In this document: positions 21,212 through 32,273 of the stretch, piece by piece
Layout of the letters: the number at the start of each line of letters is the position of its first letter
Position numbering within the stretch: the stretch's first letter is position 1
Assembly (NCBI GenBank): GCA_963785235.1
Contig: CAWAUM010000001.1
Coordinates: forward strand, 448,001 to 512,000
DNA length: 64,000 nucleotides
DNA from: an uncultured delta proteobacterium
GTDB taxonomy: Bacteria; Desulfobacterota; Desulfomonilia; UBA1062
Direction of reading: 5' to 3'
Notes under the pieces: generated by a model
Told to the model about the DNA's origin: nothing
Database searches by the model: none
The model's input: only the letters and a program-made list of their open reading frames with translations
Translations under genes and position numbers: made by a program

Positions 21212-22405
21212 TTATCCGAGCCCGGCAAGGGCCTGTTCGAGGTCGGCAATGAGGTCCGGAACGTCCTCGATACCCACGGAGTAGCGCACGAGCCCCTCGG
21301 GAATCCCCATGGCAGCGCGTTCTTCAGATGTGCATTCCACGTGGCTCGTGGTGGCAGGAGGGCCTGCAATGGTCTCCACAGCACCAAGGTTGGCCGCCCG
21401 GTGGGCGAGTTGCAGGCGCGGCAGGAAGGCCTTCACGGCATCCAGGTCACCATGAAGGGTAAAGCTCAGGACCCCGCCGAAGCCCTTCATCTGTTTTTGG
21501 GCAATGACATGTCCCTGATGGCTTTCAAGTCCCGGGTAGAATACCTCTTTGACCGCCTTGTGACCCTCCAGGTAACGGGCGATAGTCATGGCGCTCTCGT
21601 TCTGCCGTGAGATGCGCAGACTCAGGGTCTTCATGCCTCTGAGCAGCAGGTATGCGGCCATGGGATCGAGCGCTGCGCCGTTGATCTCCCGGAAGTGATA
21701 GATCTTCTTCACCAGATCCATGGGTCCGCATATGACCCCGCCCAAGGCATCGGCATGGCCCCCTAAAAACTTGGTGGCGCTGTGTATCACCAGATCCGCT
21801 CCCAGATGTAAGGGCCGCTGGTTGATGGGGGTGGCAAAGGTGTTGTCCACCACTACAATGGCGCCTGCATCGTGGGCCGCCCTGGCAAGCCTTTCTATGT
21901 CCACGACCTTGAGCGTGGGGTTGGTGGGGCTCTCCAGGTAAAGGACCTTGCACCCCTTCTTAACCTCGTTTTCGATCTGCTCATGGTCTGTTGTTTCGCA
22001 CAGGAAGGCCTCAATGTTGAATCTCGGGAGGAATTCAATGAAGAGCTTGCTCGTGCCGCCATAGCTGTCCTTGATGGACACCACACGGTCTCCTGGCGAG
22101 AGCAGGGTGAACAGGGTGTTGCTGATGGCAGCCATGCCGCTGGAAAAAGACGTTGCCGCCTGCCCCTCTTCCAGCAGACGGACCTTTTCTTCAAAGGCCG
22201 CCACCGTGGGATTGGTGTTCCGGCTGTAGATGTTTCCGGGTGCAAGGCCTTGACCCACCTTGATCCACTTTTCCATGTCGTCGTATCCGAAGGACACGCT
22301 CTGCACGATGGGGACCTGGGTGGGGTTCCCGGATGCGCCCTTGTCCTCGCCTCCCCACACTGCGATGGTGCCGGTGCCCTGCTGTCGTTTTTCTTCCATG
22401 TTCAA
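21212..22405 (-). CDS. Cys/Met metabolism PLP enzyme (cystathionine gamma-synthase/lyase family)
   Basis: YSRNTNPT, FSSGMAAI, ESPTNPTL, DNTFATP, HSATKFLGGHAD, RYSVGIED. Confidence 0.92.
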   Translation of the reverse strand: MNMEEKRQQGTGTIAVWGGEDKGASGNPTQVPIVQSVSFGYDDMEKWIKVGQGLAPGNIYSRNTNPTVAAFEEKVRLLEEGQAATSFSSGMAAISNTLFTLLSPGDRVVSIKDSYGGTSKLFIEFLPRFNIEAFLCETTDHEQIENEVKKGCKVLYLESPTNPTLKVVDIERLARAAHDAGAIVVVDNTFATPINQRPLHLGADLVIHSATKFLGGHADALGGVICGPMDLVKKIYHFREINGAALDPMAAYLLLRGMKTLSLRISRQNESAMTIARYLEGHKAVKEVFYPGLESHQGHVIAQKQMKGFGGVLSFTLHGDLDAVKAFLPRLQLAHRAANLGAVETIAGPPATTSHVECTSEERAAMGIPEGLVRYSVGIEDVPDLIADLEQALAGLG

Positions 22406-22431
22406 TGGGCCTTTCTAAAGTTTATCATGTC

Positions 22432-22590
22432 TTAAGGAGAAGTGCCTTCCCTCTTGAACACAAACAGTGAGATGCCTACCAGGAGGGCACCCATGCCCAG
22501 GCTTACCATGTCCGGCTTCATGATGCCGTAGATGAAGTCTATCACGCCGATGGCGACAAAGGCCAGTGGTACGATCTTATTCCTGGTCAT
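22432..22590 (-). CDS. 52-aa two-TM membrane protein (below ORF-track cutoff)
   Basis: MTRNKIVPLAFVAIGVIDFIYGIMKPDMVSLGMGALLVGISLFVFKREGTSP. Starts 3 nt after the upstream stop and is co-directional. Confidence 0.65.
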   Translation of the reverse strand: MTRNKIVPLAFVAIGVIDFIYGIMKPDMVSLGMGALLVGISLFVFKREGTSP

Positions 22591-22593
22591 TCA

Positions 22594-23052
22594 TCAGTAC
22601 CCTGATTTCTTGCCTGAAACTTCTGCAATCTGGATCCTGATGATGGCGATAGTCCCCAGTGCCTCTTCAGGGAAGTTGAATTGACCTTGAGTATACTGCT
22701 TCATGATGATCTCAAGGGCCTTGTGTTTGGCCTCGAGCCCTTCCACAAATGATGCCTCCCCATAACCAATGACACTGCGGTATCTCATGGAGAATGAACA
22801 GGGCTTATCCCCGATCTTAACCTCGCAGTCGGATTCGAATTCGAAGCAGACAGTGCTGTTGCTTTTCAGAAACTCGATCTTTCTGCCCTCCTTGGCGCAG
22901 TGAAGAAAGATAACGTTGCCCTCATACCCGAAACACATGGGCACGATATAGGGGATGCCATCGTCGCACATGCCCAGGCGGCATACCTTGGCGCTCTCGA
23001 TCACCGAGTCGATCATGGCCCGCTCGCCCATTTCCTTGTCTTTTCTTCTCAT
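22594..23052 (-). CDS. pyridoxamine 5'-phosphate oxidase family / NimA-like flavoprotein
   Basis: MRRKDKE, CRLGM..PYIVPM.FGY, FLHCAKEGRK, YRSVIGYG, GKKS. Confidence 0.88.
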   Translation of the reverse strand: MRRKDKEMGERAMIDSVIESAKVCRLGMCDDGIPYIVPMCFGYEGNVIFLHCAKEGRKIEFLKSNSTVCFEFESDCEVKIGDKPCSFSMRYRSVIGYGEASFVEGLEAKHKALEIIMKQYTQGQFNFPEEALGTIAIIRIQIAEVSGKKSGY

Positions 23053-23138
23053 GGAGGCCTCCCGCAAGAATTAAGTGGCCTTGCTTAGGGCTCATTTAAG
23101 AATACACATGACCCTTTTTTCTATTAGCATGAAATGCA

Positions 23139-23170
23139 GCGGCGGTTCCAGCAGGGCTTGGAGCCGCCGC
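23139..23170 (-). terminator. GC-rich hairpin downstream of gdhA
   Basis: GCGGCGGTTCCA-8 nt-TGGAGCCGCCGC, with only a weak U-tract. Confidence 0.45.
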
Positions 23171-23194
23171 CCCATGCATAAAATTAATTTCAGT

Positions 23195-24544
23195 CTACAC
23201 GATGCCCTGGGCCATCATGGCATCGGCAACCTTCACGAAACCTGCAATGTTCGCCCCGTTCACATAGTTACCGGGAGAGCCATAGGTTGATGAGGCATTG
23301 ACGCAGGCCGAGTGGATGGCCTTCATGATCATCCTGAGCCGGTTGTCCACCTCTTCGCTGGTCCAGTTGATCCTCATGCTGTTCTGGGTCATCTCCAGGC
23401 CGGATACCGATACGCCGCCGGCGTTTGCCGCCTTGCCGGGTCCGTAGAGGATCTTATGGTCGAGGTAGATCTCTACACCGTCAGGGGTGGTGGGCATATT
23501 GGCGCCTTCACTCACGACATAGACGCCGTTCTTGATGAGGTTTGCCGCATCTTTGCCGTTGATCTCGTTCTGGGTGGCAGACGGGAAGGCGCAGTCGGCC
23601 TTGTGGTTCCACAGGGGATTGAAATCCTTGGCCGGATCGATAGGGGTGTATACGACACCCTTATACTTGTCTGCATACTCCTTCATGCGGCCCCTGCGGA
23701 TATTCTTAAGCTCCATGACATAGGCCAGCTTCTCACGATCAATACCCTTTTCGTCGAAGATGTATCCGTTTGAGTCGGACAGGGTAACTACCTTTGCGCC
23801 GAGGTCCAGGAGTTTTTCCGTGGTGTACTGGGAAACGTTGCCCGAACCTGATACCAGGCAGGTCTTGCCTTCCAGGGTCTGATTCCTGGTGGAGAGCATC
23901 TCTGCTGCAAAATAGACGGAGCCGTAGCCGGTGGCCTCGGGCCGGATGAGGCTGCCGCCGAAATTCAGCCCTTTGCCGGTTAGCACCCCTACAAACTCAT
24001 TGCGGAGTTTCTTATACATCCCGAAGAGATACCCGATCTCCCGGGCGCCTACGCCGATATCACCTGCCGGGACATCGGTGAACTGGCCGACATGCCGGAA
24101 GATCTCGCTCATGAAGCTGTGGCAGAAACGCATGACCTCGCGGTCCGACTTGCCCTTGGGGTCGAAGTTGGAGCCGCCCTTGCCGCCGCCCATGGGCAAC
24201 GTGGTGAGTGAGTTCTTGAATACCTGTTCGAAGGCCAGGAACTTGAGGATACTGAGGTTCACCGAGGGGTGAAACCTGAACCCGCCCTTATAGGGCCCGA
24301 TGGCGCTGTTCATCTGGATCCGATAACCCCGGTTCACCTGGACATCGCCCTTGTCATCAACCCAGGGCACCCTGAACATGACCAACCGCTCCGGTTCCAC
24401 CATCCGCTCAAGGATCTTTTCCTTGCGGTATTCGGGGTGCTTTTCGAGGACCGGTTTCACTGATTTTACGACCTCAGAGACTGCCTGGAGAAATTCTTTT
24501 TCCCCTGGGTTGCATTCCTCACACTTCTGTAAAAAGTCTTCCAT
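23195..24544 (-). CDS. gdhA: glutamate dehydrogenase, GdhA type
   Basis: FRVPWVDD, GPYKGG.RFHPSVN, MGGGKGGSNFDPKG, DVPAGDIGVG, RPEATGYG, GKAANAGGV. Confidence 0.96.
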   Translation of the reverse strand: MEDFLQKCEECNPGEKEFLQAVSEVVKSVKPVLEKHPEYRKEKILERMVEPERLVMFRVPWVDDKGDVQVNRGYRIQMNSAIGPYKGGFRFHPSVNLSILKFLAFEQVFKNSLTTLPMGGGKGGSNFDPKGKSDREVMRFCHSFMSEIFRHVGQFTDVPAGDIGVGAREIGYLFGMYKKLRNEFVGVLTGKGLNFGGSLIRPEATGYGSVYFAAEMLSTRNQTLEGKTCLVSGSGNVSQYTTEKLLDLGAKVVTLSDSNGYIFDEKGIDREKLAYVMELKNIRRGRMKEYADKYKGVVYTPIDPAKDFNPLWNHKADCAFPSATQNEINGKDAANLIKNGVYVVSEGANMPTTPDGVEIYLDHKILYGPGKAANAGGVSVSGLEMTQNSMRINWTSEEVDNRLRMIMKAIHSACVNASSTYGSPGNYVNGANIAGFVKVADAMMAQGIV

Positions 24545-24739
24545 AGTTTTGAATCCTCCTTTTTAAGGTTTCGTATGCATGTTTCTTATTGTTACATCAT
24601 AGGCTGTGAACCTTTTTCTATTCAGCTTTTCCTGGTCATTTTGCCTGCTCACAGCATTTTGATGCTCCTTTTCTGCAGAAATAATCTCGTTCCTTTTTCC
24701 TACGTCCTTCGATGACTGGTTCGTGGTGAATTTGGGGGT

Positions 24740-24779
24740 GTTCAATCCATCCATCCTTTGAGAGATGGATGGATTGAAC
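24740..24779. terminator. perfect 16-bp hairpin downstream of the ABC operon
   Basis: GTTCAATCCATCCATC-CTTTGAGA-GATGGATGGATTGAAC. Confidence 0.55.
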
Positions 24780-24832
24780 GTTATGAAGAGAGGGCTAAGA
24801 GTATCTATCCGGTGCCATGTTCACCTTCGTGT

Positions 24833-25543
24833 TTAAATCCCCAGGTATGCTTCCCTGATCTTCGGGTTAGCCAGGAGTTCCTTGCCGGTGCCTTCCATAA
24901 CGATGCGGCCGTGCTCGAGCACATAACCGCGGTTTGAGAGGCTCAACGAGTGCTGCACATCCTGCTCCACCAGGAGCACCGTGGTCCCCTGGTCTGCGAT
25001 GGTCCGGATGGTCTGGAAGATCTCCTTGATGAGGACCGGAGCAAGTCCCAGCGACGGCTCGTCAAGCATGAGGATCTTGGGCATGGCCATCATGCCCCTG
25101 CCGATGGCCACCATCTGCTGTTCGCCGCCGGACAGGGTAATGGCCTGCTGTTTTTCCCGCTCTTCCAGCCTGGGCAGCAGTTTATAGACATCCTTGATGG
25201 TCTCGGTCTTGTGGGGGAATGCCCGGGTATTATGGGCCCCCACATCGAGGTTTTCCTTCACGGTCATGAGGCTGAACAGCCTCCTGCCCTCGGGCACATG
25301 GATGATGCCCTTCTCCACGATCTTCTCGGGGCGGAGCGCCTGGATGGGCTGGTTCTCGAAGAGGATCTCACCGGAGGCGGTCTTCATGAGCCCGGAGATG
25401 GTCCTGAGCATCGTGGACTTGCCGGCCCCGTTGGCGCCGATAAGGCTGATGACCTCTCCTTCCTCGATGTGCAGTGAGACGTCGTAGATTACCTGGACGT
25501 CGCCGTAAAAGCAGTTTATGTTTTTAATGTCAAGCAGCGCCAT
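24833..25543 (-). CDS. livF: HAAT/branched-chain-type ABC transporter ATPase (LivF-like)
   Basis: GANGAGKST, VPEGRR, LSGGEQQM, LDEPSLGLAP, AYLG. Confidence 0.92.
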   Translation of the reverse strand: MALLDIKNINCFYGDVQVIYDVSLHIEEGEVISLIGANGAGKSTMLRTISGLMKTASGEILFENQPIQALRPEKIVEKGIIHVPEGRRLFSLMTVKENLDVGAHNTRAFPHKTETIKDVYKLLPRLEEREKQQAITLSGGEQQMVAIGRGMMAMPKILMLDEPSLGLAPVLIKEIFQTIRTIADQGTTVLLVEQDVQHSLSLSNRGYVLEHGRIVMEGTGKELLANPKIREAYLGI

Positions 25544-26255
25544 AGCTCTCCCCCAGGTATGCCTTGATTACTCGTTCATCTTTCGCCACTTCTTGAGGCG
25601 TGCCGTCCATGATCTTCTTGCCGAACTGGATGACCGTGATCTTGTCGGAGACCGACATGATGGCGCGCATGATATGCTCGATCATGAATATGGTGACGCC
25701 CTTGTCCCTGATCCACCTGATCACGTCCAGCGTCTCGTCCACCTCGTTGGGGCGTAGGCCCGCCATGCATTCGTCAAGGAGCAGCAGTTCGGGGTCAGTG
25801 GCCAGGGCGCGTGCGAATTCAAGCCGCTTGCGGTCGGCAATGGTAAGGTTCTTGGCAAGCTGGTTACGCTTGTCTGCAAGGTGGAACTTCTCCAGGGAAT
25901 CCAGCGCCATATCTCTTACTTCAGCCACGTTGCTGGACCTGATGAATGCACCCACCATGGCGTTGAAGAGCACGGTCTTGGTCTGGAACGGCTTCACGAT
26001 CTGGAATGTCCGGGCGACCTTTATCCTGCAGATATCCCAGGGTTTCATGCCCGTGATATTCTGATCCTTGAAGAGGACGTTTCCGATGGTCGGTGCAAAT
26101 GAGCCTGCCACGCAGTTGAAGAGCGTGGATTTCCCTGCGCCGTTGGGACCGATGAGGCCGTATATCTGGCCTTTTTCAATGGTGAGGCTCACCTGGTCGA
26201 CGGCCTTCAGGCCGCCGAAGTGCTTGGATACGTTTTGGATGTCGAGTATAGCCAT
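25530..26255 (-). CDS. livG: HAAT ABC transporter ATPase (LivG-like)
   Basis: FGGLKAV, GPNGAGKST, ARTFQ, LLLDE, IEH, AYLG. Confidence 0.92.
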   Translation of the reverse strand: MAILDIQNVSKHFGGLKAVDQVSLTIEKGQIYGLIGPNGAGKSTLFNCVAGSFAPTIGNVLFKDQNITGMKPWDICRIKVARTFQIVKPFQTKTVLFNAMVGAFIRSSNVAEVRDMALDSLEKFHLADKRNQLAKNLTIADRKRLEFARALATDPELLLLDECMAGLRPNEVDETLDVIRWIRDKGVTIFMIEHIMRAIMSVSDKITVIQFGKKIMDGTPQEVAKDERVIKAYLGESYGAA

Positions 26256-26256
26256 G

Positions 26257-27298
26257 TTAAGCCTTCACCTCCTTTGCAGACTTTGCCCCGCTGAGCTTGT
26301 CGAGGGTCCAGTCGTAGAATCTCGTAAGCGGCAGCACCAGGCCCCGGGGCTGGAAGAGCATGACCAGGATCAGGACGAGCCCGTATATCACCAGGTGAAG
26401 ACCGGGCAGTACCGCGCTCAGGTAGATCCGTGAAAATTCGCCCACAGGCCTCAGCAGGAGCGCCCCGATCACCGGGCCGGCAATGGTGCCGCGGCCGCCG
26501 ATGAGCGCGATGAAGGCAAGCTCGAAGGAGAAGTCCAGGCTCAAGATCCCCTTGGGAAAGAAGTACAGGTTGAGCTGGGCATAGAAGGTTCCGGCAAATG
26601 CGGTGAGGAAGCAGCTCAGTGCCATGAAAAACTCCTTGTACCTCGCCACGTTTACGCCCAGGGCCTGGGCCGCCTCGGGCTCCTCTCCGCCTGCGAGGAT
26701 GTAATAACCCGGCCTGATCCTTGATACGTACCAGGTGATGAACAGCGCAATGCAGAGCATGATGAGGATGATGTAGTAGTAGGGGAGCTTGTCCACGAAC
26801 TGGTAATTGATGAGGTTTTCCATGGGTGTCCCCATCTTCAAGGGGACGCTGATCCCCCGGGGGCCGTTGATCTCAAAGGGCCCGAGTTTCATGGTGTTCT
26901 CCACCAGCACCCTCACCCCTTCACCAAAGGCCATGGTGGACAGGGCGAAGTATGCGCCGCGGAGCTTCAAGGTCGGTATGCCGATAATCAATCCTACAAC
27001 CGCTGCAAGTGCGCCCCCTACGAACATGCCGAGCCAGGGGCTTAACCCATAGGTCATGAACAGAACCGTTGAGGTATACGCCCCGATCCCCACATATGCT
27101 GAATGCCCCAGGGGCAGGACCCCGGCAAAGCCCCCGACCAGGTTCCATGAGGTGGTAAGGTAGGCATAGAAGAACAGCAGGATAATGATCTGCAGGTATG
27201 TGGGGCTCGTCATCCACAGTGGGCAATGTGAATACGACTCCGATCAGCACGATCTTCAGTGCATTGTCGATTAATTTTCTCTTTTTTGACCGAAGCAT
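26257..27298 (-). CDS. livM: HAAT ABC permease (LivM-like), N-terminal frameshift
   Basis: WNLVGGFAG..PLGH, LRGAYFAL.T, GGRGT..GP, QPRGL. Confidence 0.88.
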
Positions 27299-27319
27299 TC
27301 ATCTTCGTTGTCTCCTTTC

Positions 27320-28205
27320 TTACCAATCCCGCTTTTCACCGAAGAGGCCGGCCGGTCTGATGAACAGTACTGCCAGGAACACCACATAGACGATGAGCTC
27401 GGTCCATGTGGAGGTCATGTAAATGGCGAACAAGGACTCGATGAGTCCTACGATCAGACCGCCGATGAGTGCCCCTGGGATGCTCCCAAGACCGCCTAAG
27501 ACCACGATGATGAAGCATTTCACGTCAAAGACGACCCCCACCGAGGGAAATACATAGTAGAATGGAATGAGGACGCATCCAACGATCCCTGCAATGGCGG
27601 CCCCTATGCCGAAGGCGATATTGTACACGCGGTACTGGTTGATCCCCATGAGGCTTGCGGCATCCCTGTCCAAGGAGGCGGCCCTGATGGACTTGCCCAT
27701 CCTGGTGTATTTGAGGAACCAGAGGAGGAGACCCGATGTGACTGCCGTAGTAATCACTCCATAGAGCTGTGCCTTGGGGAAGATGAAGTCGCCGAGCATG
27801 AAGATCTGCCCCGACATACTGGTCTGGACAACCCGGTACTCGGCCCCGAAGAGCATGAGGGCAAGGTTGTCAAGGATGTACCACACGCCCGTGGTCACGA
27901 TGATGACCTCGGTGGGCTCGCGCACATCGCTCTGTGCGTCCAGGATCGGTTTGATCAGAACACCCTGCAGCGCATAGCCGAACACAGAAGAGCATGGGGA
28001 CGACCAGGAAAAGGGCTGCATAGGGGTTCCATCCGGTCAGCTTCACGATCCAGTATGCGGTGAACATGCCCACCATCAATAAGGAACCGTGGGCGAAGTT
28101 GATGACCTTTATGACACCGAATATGAGCGTGAGGCCCAGTGCTGCGAGACCATAATATGAGCCGGTCATGACCCCGTTTATGATTGCTTGAATAATAACG
28201 TCCAT
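27320..28205 (-). CDS. livH: HAAT ABC permease (LivH-like), one frameshift
   Basis: ALGLTLIFG..KVINFAHG, GKSIRA, VVLGGLGSIPGA, RPAGLFG. Confidence 0.9.
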
Positions 28206-28235
28206 GGTGACCTCGTTTCTGATTGGGTCGCGGGG

Positions 28236-28260
28236 GCCGGGCCCTTTTTAGGGGCCCGGC
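28236..28260. other. intercistronic hairpin after the substrate-binding protein gene (possible mRNA stabiliser)
   Basis: GCCGGGCCC-TTTTTAG-GGGCCCGGC between the SBP and permease genes. Confidence 0.5.
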
Positions 28261-28320
28261 TTTACCGCTTATGCTCCAATACGTTTTCTTCTCTTTACGC
28301 TCCGCTTGGTTATGACGTTC

Positions 28321-29595
28321 TTACGGCATGGGGAATACGGCCTTGACGCCCTTCCTTGCTGCCGCAACCGGCCACACCGTCACGCGCTCCATGGTGCCTT
28401 TGACATCGCGGAACTGCACCAGCACGATGCCGGCTTCCTTGTTCTGGCCTGTCTCGTCAAACGCGACGCAGGGGTATGAAAGGATGTTGATGCCCAGCGG
28501 TGCCTTGGGACCCTGGCATAGTTTGGTTGCAGCCAGTGCATCCCTGATCTTTTTCGGGATCTGTCTGATTTTGCCCGCTCCAATGCGTCAGCGATCACAT
28601 AGACCGATGCAAAGGCATCGACGGATTCGCCGGCCAGGTCATAGCCGTTGCGCTTCTTGAACTCGGCATTGAGTGTGGGGATCTCCGGCCTGCCAAGGTC
28701 GGTCTCCCACTCCACCACGTCGAACATGTATTCGCAGTTCTTGGCGGTGTTCTTGCGGAACATGGGGTCGGCATGGCCGCCGCCGGTTCCGATGATGGCC
28801 TTGACCTTCACCTTCATGGTGGCCATGGTGTTGGTGAGCAGGATGGCATCGGCTGCGTTAGACGTGAGCAGCAGGACATCGGGCTTGGCGTTCTTGATCT
28901 TCATGACCACCGGGGTCAGGTCGGACGCCGTGCTGGGATAGGGCTCATCCAGGACGATCTTGTAGCCGAACTGCGCTGGCAAGCTTTGTCCACTGGTCCT
29001 TCATGCCGGTGCCCCAGTCGCCGTTCTCATAGACAAAGGCGATGGTCTTGAGGTCGGTCTTTGTGGCCTTTTTCATGTCATCGAGGAACCGGAACTGGTC
29101 ACGCGCCCACCAGCCGTCCTTTGCAGCGATGCGGAAGGTGTACTTGAAGCCGCGCTCCGTGATCTTGTCTGCAACGGATACCGGGACCACAAAGGGGATC
29201 TGATAGCGCTCTGCAACCTGGGTGGATGGATAGGTGACCGCCGAGTTCCAGCAGCCGGACAGGACGCTGACCTTATCCGAGTTGATGAGCTGCTCTGCAG
29301 CGCTCACGCCCACCGTCGGGTCGCCCTTGCTGTCGGTGAAGATGTTCACGAGCTTGGCGCCGCCTAAAGACTTGATGCCGCCTGCCTTGTTGATGTACTC
29401 GGTGGCCAGTTCAATGGCCTTCTGGTTCTGGATGCCCACGGATGCAGACGGGCCGGACAAGGGCAGGATGTTGCCGATCTTAACCTCTTTCGCACCTGCT
29501 GCAAGCACGGATGTCCCTGTTACGAACACCAGCGCGCAGGCAAGGGCGAATACCAAGATACTCAGTTTCGTAAGCCAGAAAGTCCTCTTGTTCAT
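28321..29595 (-). CDS. HAAT ABC substrate-binding protein (LivK-like), 2 frameshifts
   Basis: Signal peptide, VKIGNILPLSG, INKAGGIKSLGG, ITERGFKYTFR, YENGDWG, ends ...AVFPMP. Confidence 0.88.
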
Positions 29596-29697
29596 ATAAC
29601 TCCCCCTTTAGATTTGTTTTGCATTCTTTCCCACTCTGGGATCGTTCTCTTAATCATAGTAGCCATTAAGAGGCCATATTCAATCTGTCTCCAAAAG

Positions 29698-31009
29698 TTA
29701 TTTTTTCTTTTTCAATGAGGCAAAGGCGTCGTCGAGTATGGAAACCCCTTTCTCGACCTGCTTGTCTGTGATCACGAGCGGCATCATGGTGCGGATCACA
29801 TTGCTGTACTGGCCGCAGGACAGGATGTTCAGCCCCTTCTCGAAGCAGTATTTTACCACTGCTGCAGTTGCCTCGGGTGCCGGCTCCTTGGTCTTGCGGT
29901 CTTTGACCAGCTCCAGGGCCAGCATCGGGCCAAGGCCCCTCACATCGCCGATGACTTCGTGCTTGGCCTTGAGATCGTTGAAATGTTTTCTGAGCTTCTT
30001 GCCGAGCTTCTCGCTCCTATCAAGCATCTTCTCTTCCTCGTACACTTCGAGGACTGCCAGTGCCGCTGCGCAGCACACCGGGTTGCCGCCATAGGTGCCG
30101 CCGACACCACCCGGATGGACACAGTCCATGATCTCCTGCTTGCCGACCACTGCGGAAACGGCATGCCTGCTGCCAGGCTCTTGGCCACCAGGAGCAGATC
30201 AGGCTCCACGCCCCAGTGCTCAATGGCGAACATCTGTTTGCCGGTCCTGGCCCATGCCGCGACTGGATCTCGTCTGCTACAAAGAGGATGTCATTGTCTG
30301 TGCAGATCTTGGCAAGTTTGGGGAAGTATTCCTTGGGAGGGGTGATGAATCCGCCTTCTCCCTGGACAGGCTCGACCACCAGGGCGGCGATCATATCCGG
30401 GGCGATCTTGCCGAAGAAATCCTTCATGTAGTCTGCACAGGCACAGTCGCACTTGGGATAGGTGAGCCCGAAGGGGCAGCGGTAGCAGTAGGCGTTCGGT
30501 ATCTTGTAAATTTCCGGGGCGAATGGTCCGAAACCCCATTTATAGGGTTTGACCTTGCTGGTCATGGTCATGGTGAGCAATGTCCTGCCATGGAATGCAT
30601 GATCCAGGGCTACAATTCCCTGCTTTTTCGTATAGTACCGGGAAATTTTTACCGCGTTTTCCACCGCCTCGGCGCCGGCGTTGATGAGGATCGCGCGTTT
30701 CGGGGTCTTCCCCGGTGCAAGCTTGCAGAGCTTCTCGGCCACCCTCACTGCGACTTCATAAGGTGTGACCATGAAGCAGGTGTGGGTGAACTTCTCGGCC
30801 TGGTCCTGTATGGCCTTGATCACCTTTGGGTTGGAATGCCCCACGTTCATGACCGCAATGCCGCCGCCGAAGTCGATGTATTCATTGCCTTCCACGTCAT
30901 AGATCATGGCCCCTTTGGCCGAGGCGATATAGATGGGCTTGCCGCTGGCAAAACCCTTTGCCATGACCTTGCTTCTCAATTCACCAAGTGACTTGTTATT
31001 GACCTTCAT
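29698..31009 (-). CDS. gabT: 4-aminobutyrate:2-oxoglutarate aminotransferase (2 frameshifts)
   Basis: YIDFGGGIAV, FTHTCF, GAEAVENAVK, FHGRT..TM..SK.KPYK.GFGP, EPVQGEGG, ADEIQ, AKSLA, GGTYGGNP. Confidence 0.9.
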
Positions 31010-31069
31010 CTTGTCAGTTCCTCCTGAAAGCGTTCTTTATCTTACGCCCATGTCCGGCTTTGTCTGTTA

Positions 31070-32223
31070 TTACAATGCCGCCTTATAGATCCTTTTTGCA
31101 TCATCCAGCGTGAGCGTGCGCGGGTTGTTGGCCAGCAGCCTGCGTGACTTTCATGACACCGTCTGCCAGCATGGGTATATCTTTCTCCTTTACGCCGAAA
31201 TCCGCGAGATGGCGCGGCACCCGAATGTCGTCGGCAAGGCGGTCGATGGCTGCGACTCACCTTGTCCACGATCGCTAAGTTATCGAGACCTTCAATGGGT
31301 AAACCGAAGGGTTTGGCGAGCTGGGCGAACTTTTCAAGGTTCCCGAGCACATTGAAGCGGATCACGTGCGGGAGCATGAGGGTATTCGCTATACCGTGGG
31401 GGATATGGAACTCGGCGCCGATGGGGTATGCGAAGGCGTGCACTGCCGTTACCCCGGCATTGGCGAATGCTATGCCTGCCAGGAGCGCCCCTTCCATCAT
31501 GGCGGTGCGGGCTTCAATATTGTCGCCTTTGGCAAAGGCGATACGGATATTCTTGTAGATGAGCTCGATGGCCTTGATGCAGTACATGTCGGTGATGGTG
31601 CCGGCATTAATGGATGTGTAGGCCTCGATGGCGTGGATAAGGGCGTCCATGCCCGTGGCCGCGGTTACATGGGGCGGAAGGCCTATGGTGAGCTCGGGGT
31701 CCAAGATACCGATGGCCGGGAAGAGATAGGGGCTTACGATACCCTTCTTGAGCTTCTCGCCTTCGTCGGAGAGGATGGCAATGGGGGTCACTTCGCTGCC
31801 GGTCCCGGCTGTGGTGGGGATCAGGATCGTGGGAAGGCCCGGTTTCGGGACCAGGTTGATGCCGAAGTATGCGCCGATGGGCCCCTTGTTGGTAAGCATG
31901 ATCGCGGCGGTCTTGGTGATGTCCATGGGGCTGCCGCCGCCGATGCCCACAAGCATCTGGGCGCGGGCATTCTCAGCCATCTTCACGCAATCGGCCACGA
32001 TCTCATAGCGGGGGTCCGGCTCCACCTTGTCGAAGATGGCATATTTGATCTTTGCAGCCTTGAAGGATTCTTCAATGGATTTCAGAAGTCCTGCACCGAT
32101 AACGCCCTTGTCGGTTACGATCAGAACCCTTTTTGCCCCCTTCGCCTTTACCTCGGCGCCGATGGTCTTTACCGAGCCGGGGCCCATGACAATCCGCGGG
32201 GTGGTGCTGAATATTTTCACCAT
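31070..32223 (-). CDS. iron-containing alcohol dehydrogenase, probable 4-hydroxybutyrate dehydrogenase (C-terminal frameshifts)
   Basis: GGGSPMD, PTTAGTGSEVT, DALIHAIEAY, HAFAY, PHG. Located between the CoA transferase and gabT. Confidence 0.85.
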
Positions 32224-32273
32224 GTCTTTTAACTCCTCCTTTGCTTACCGTTCTTTACAAGACCCACAAGTTT

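Noticed and set aside
24563-24754. 63-aa ORF upstream of gdhA
   Set aside because: Starts inside a hairpin, has no motifs, and probably spans the gdhA promoter region.
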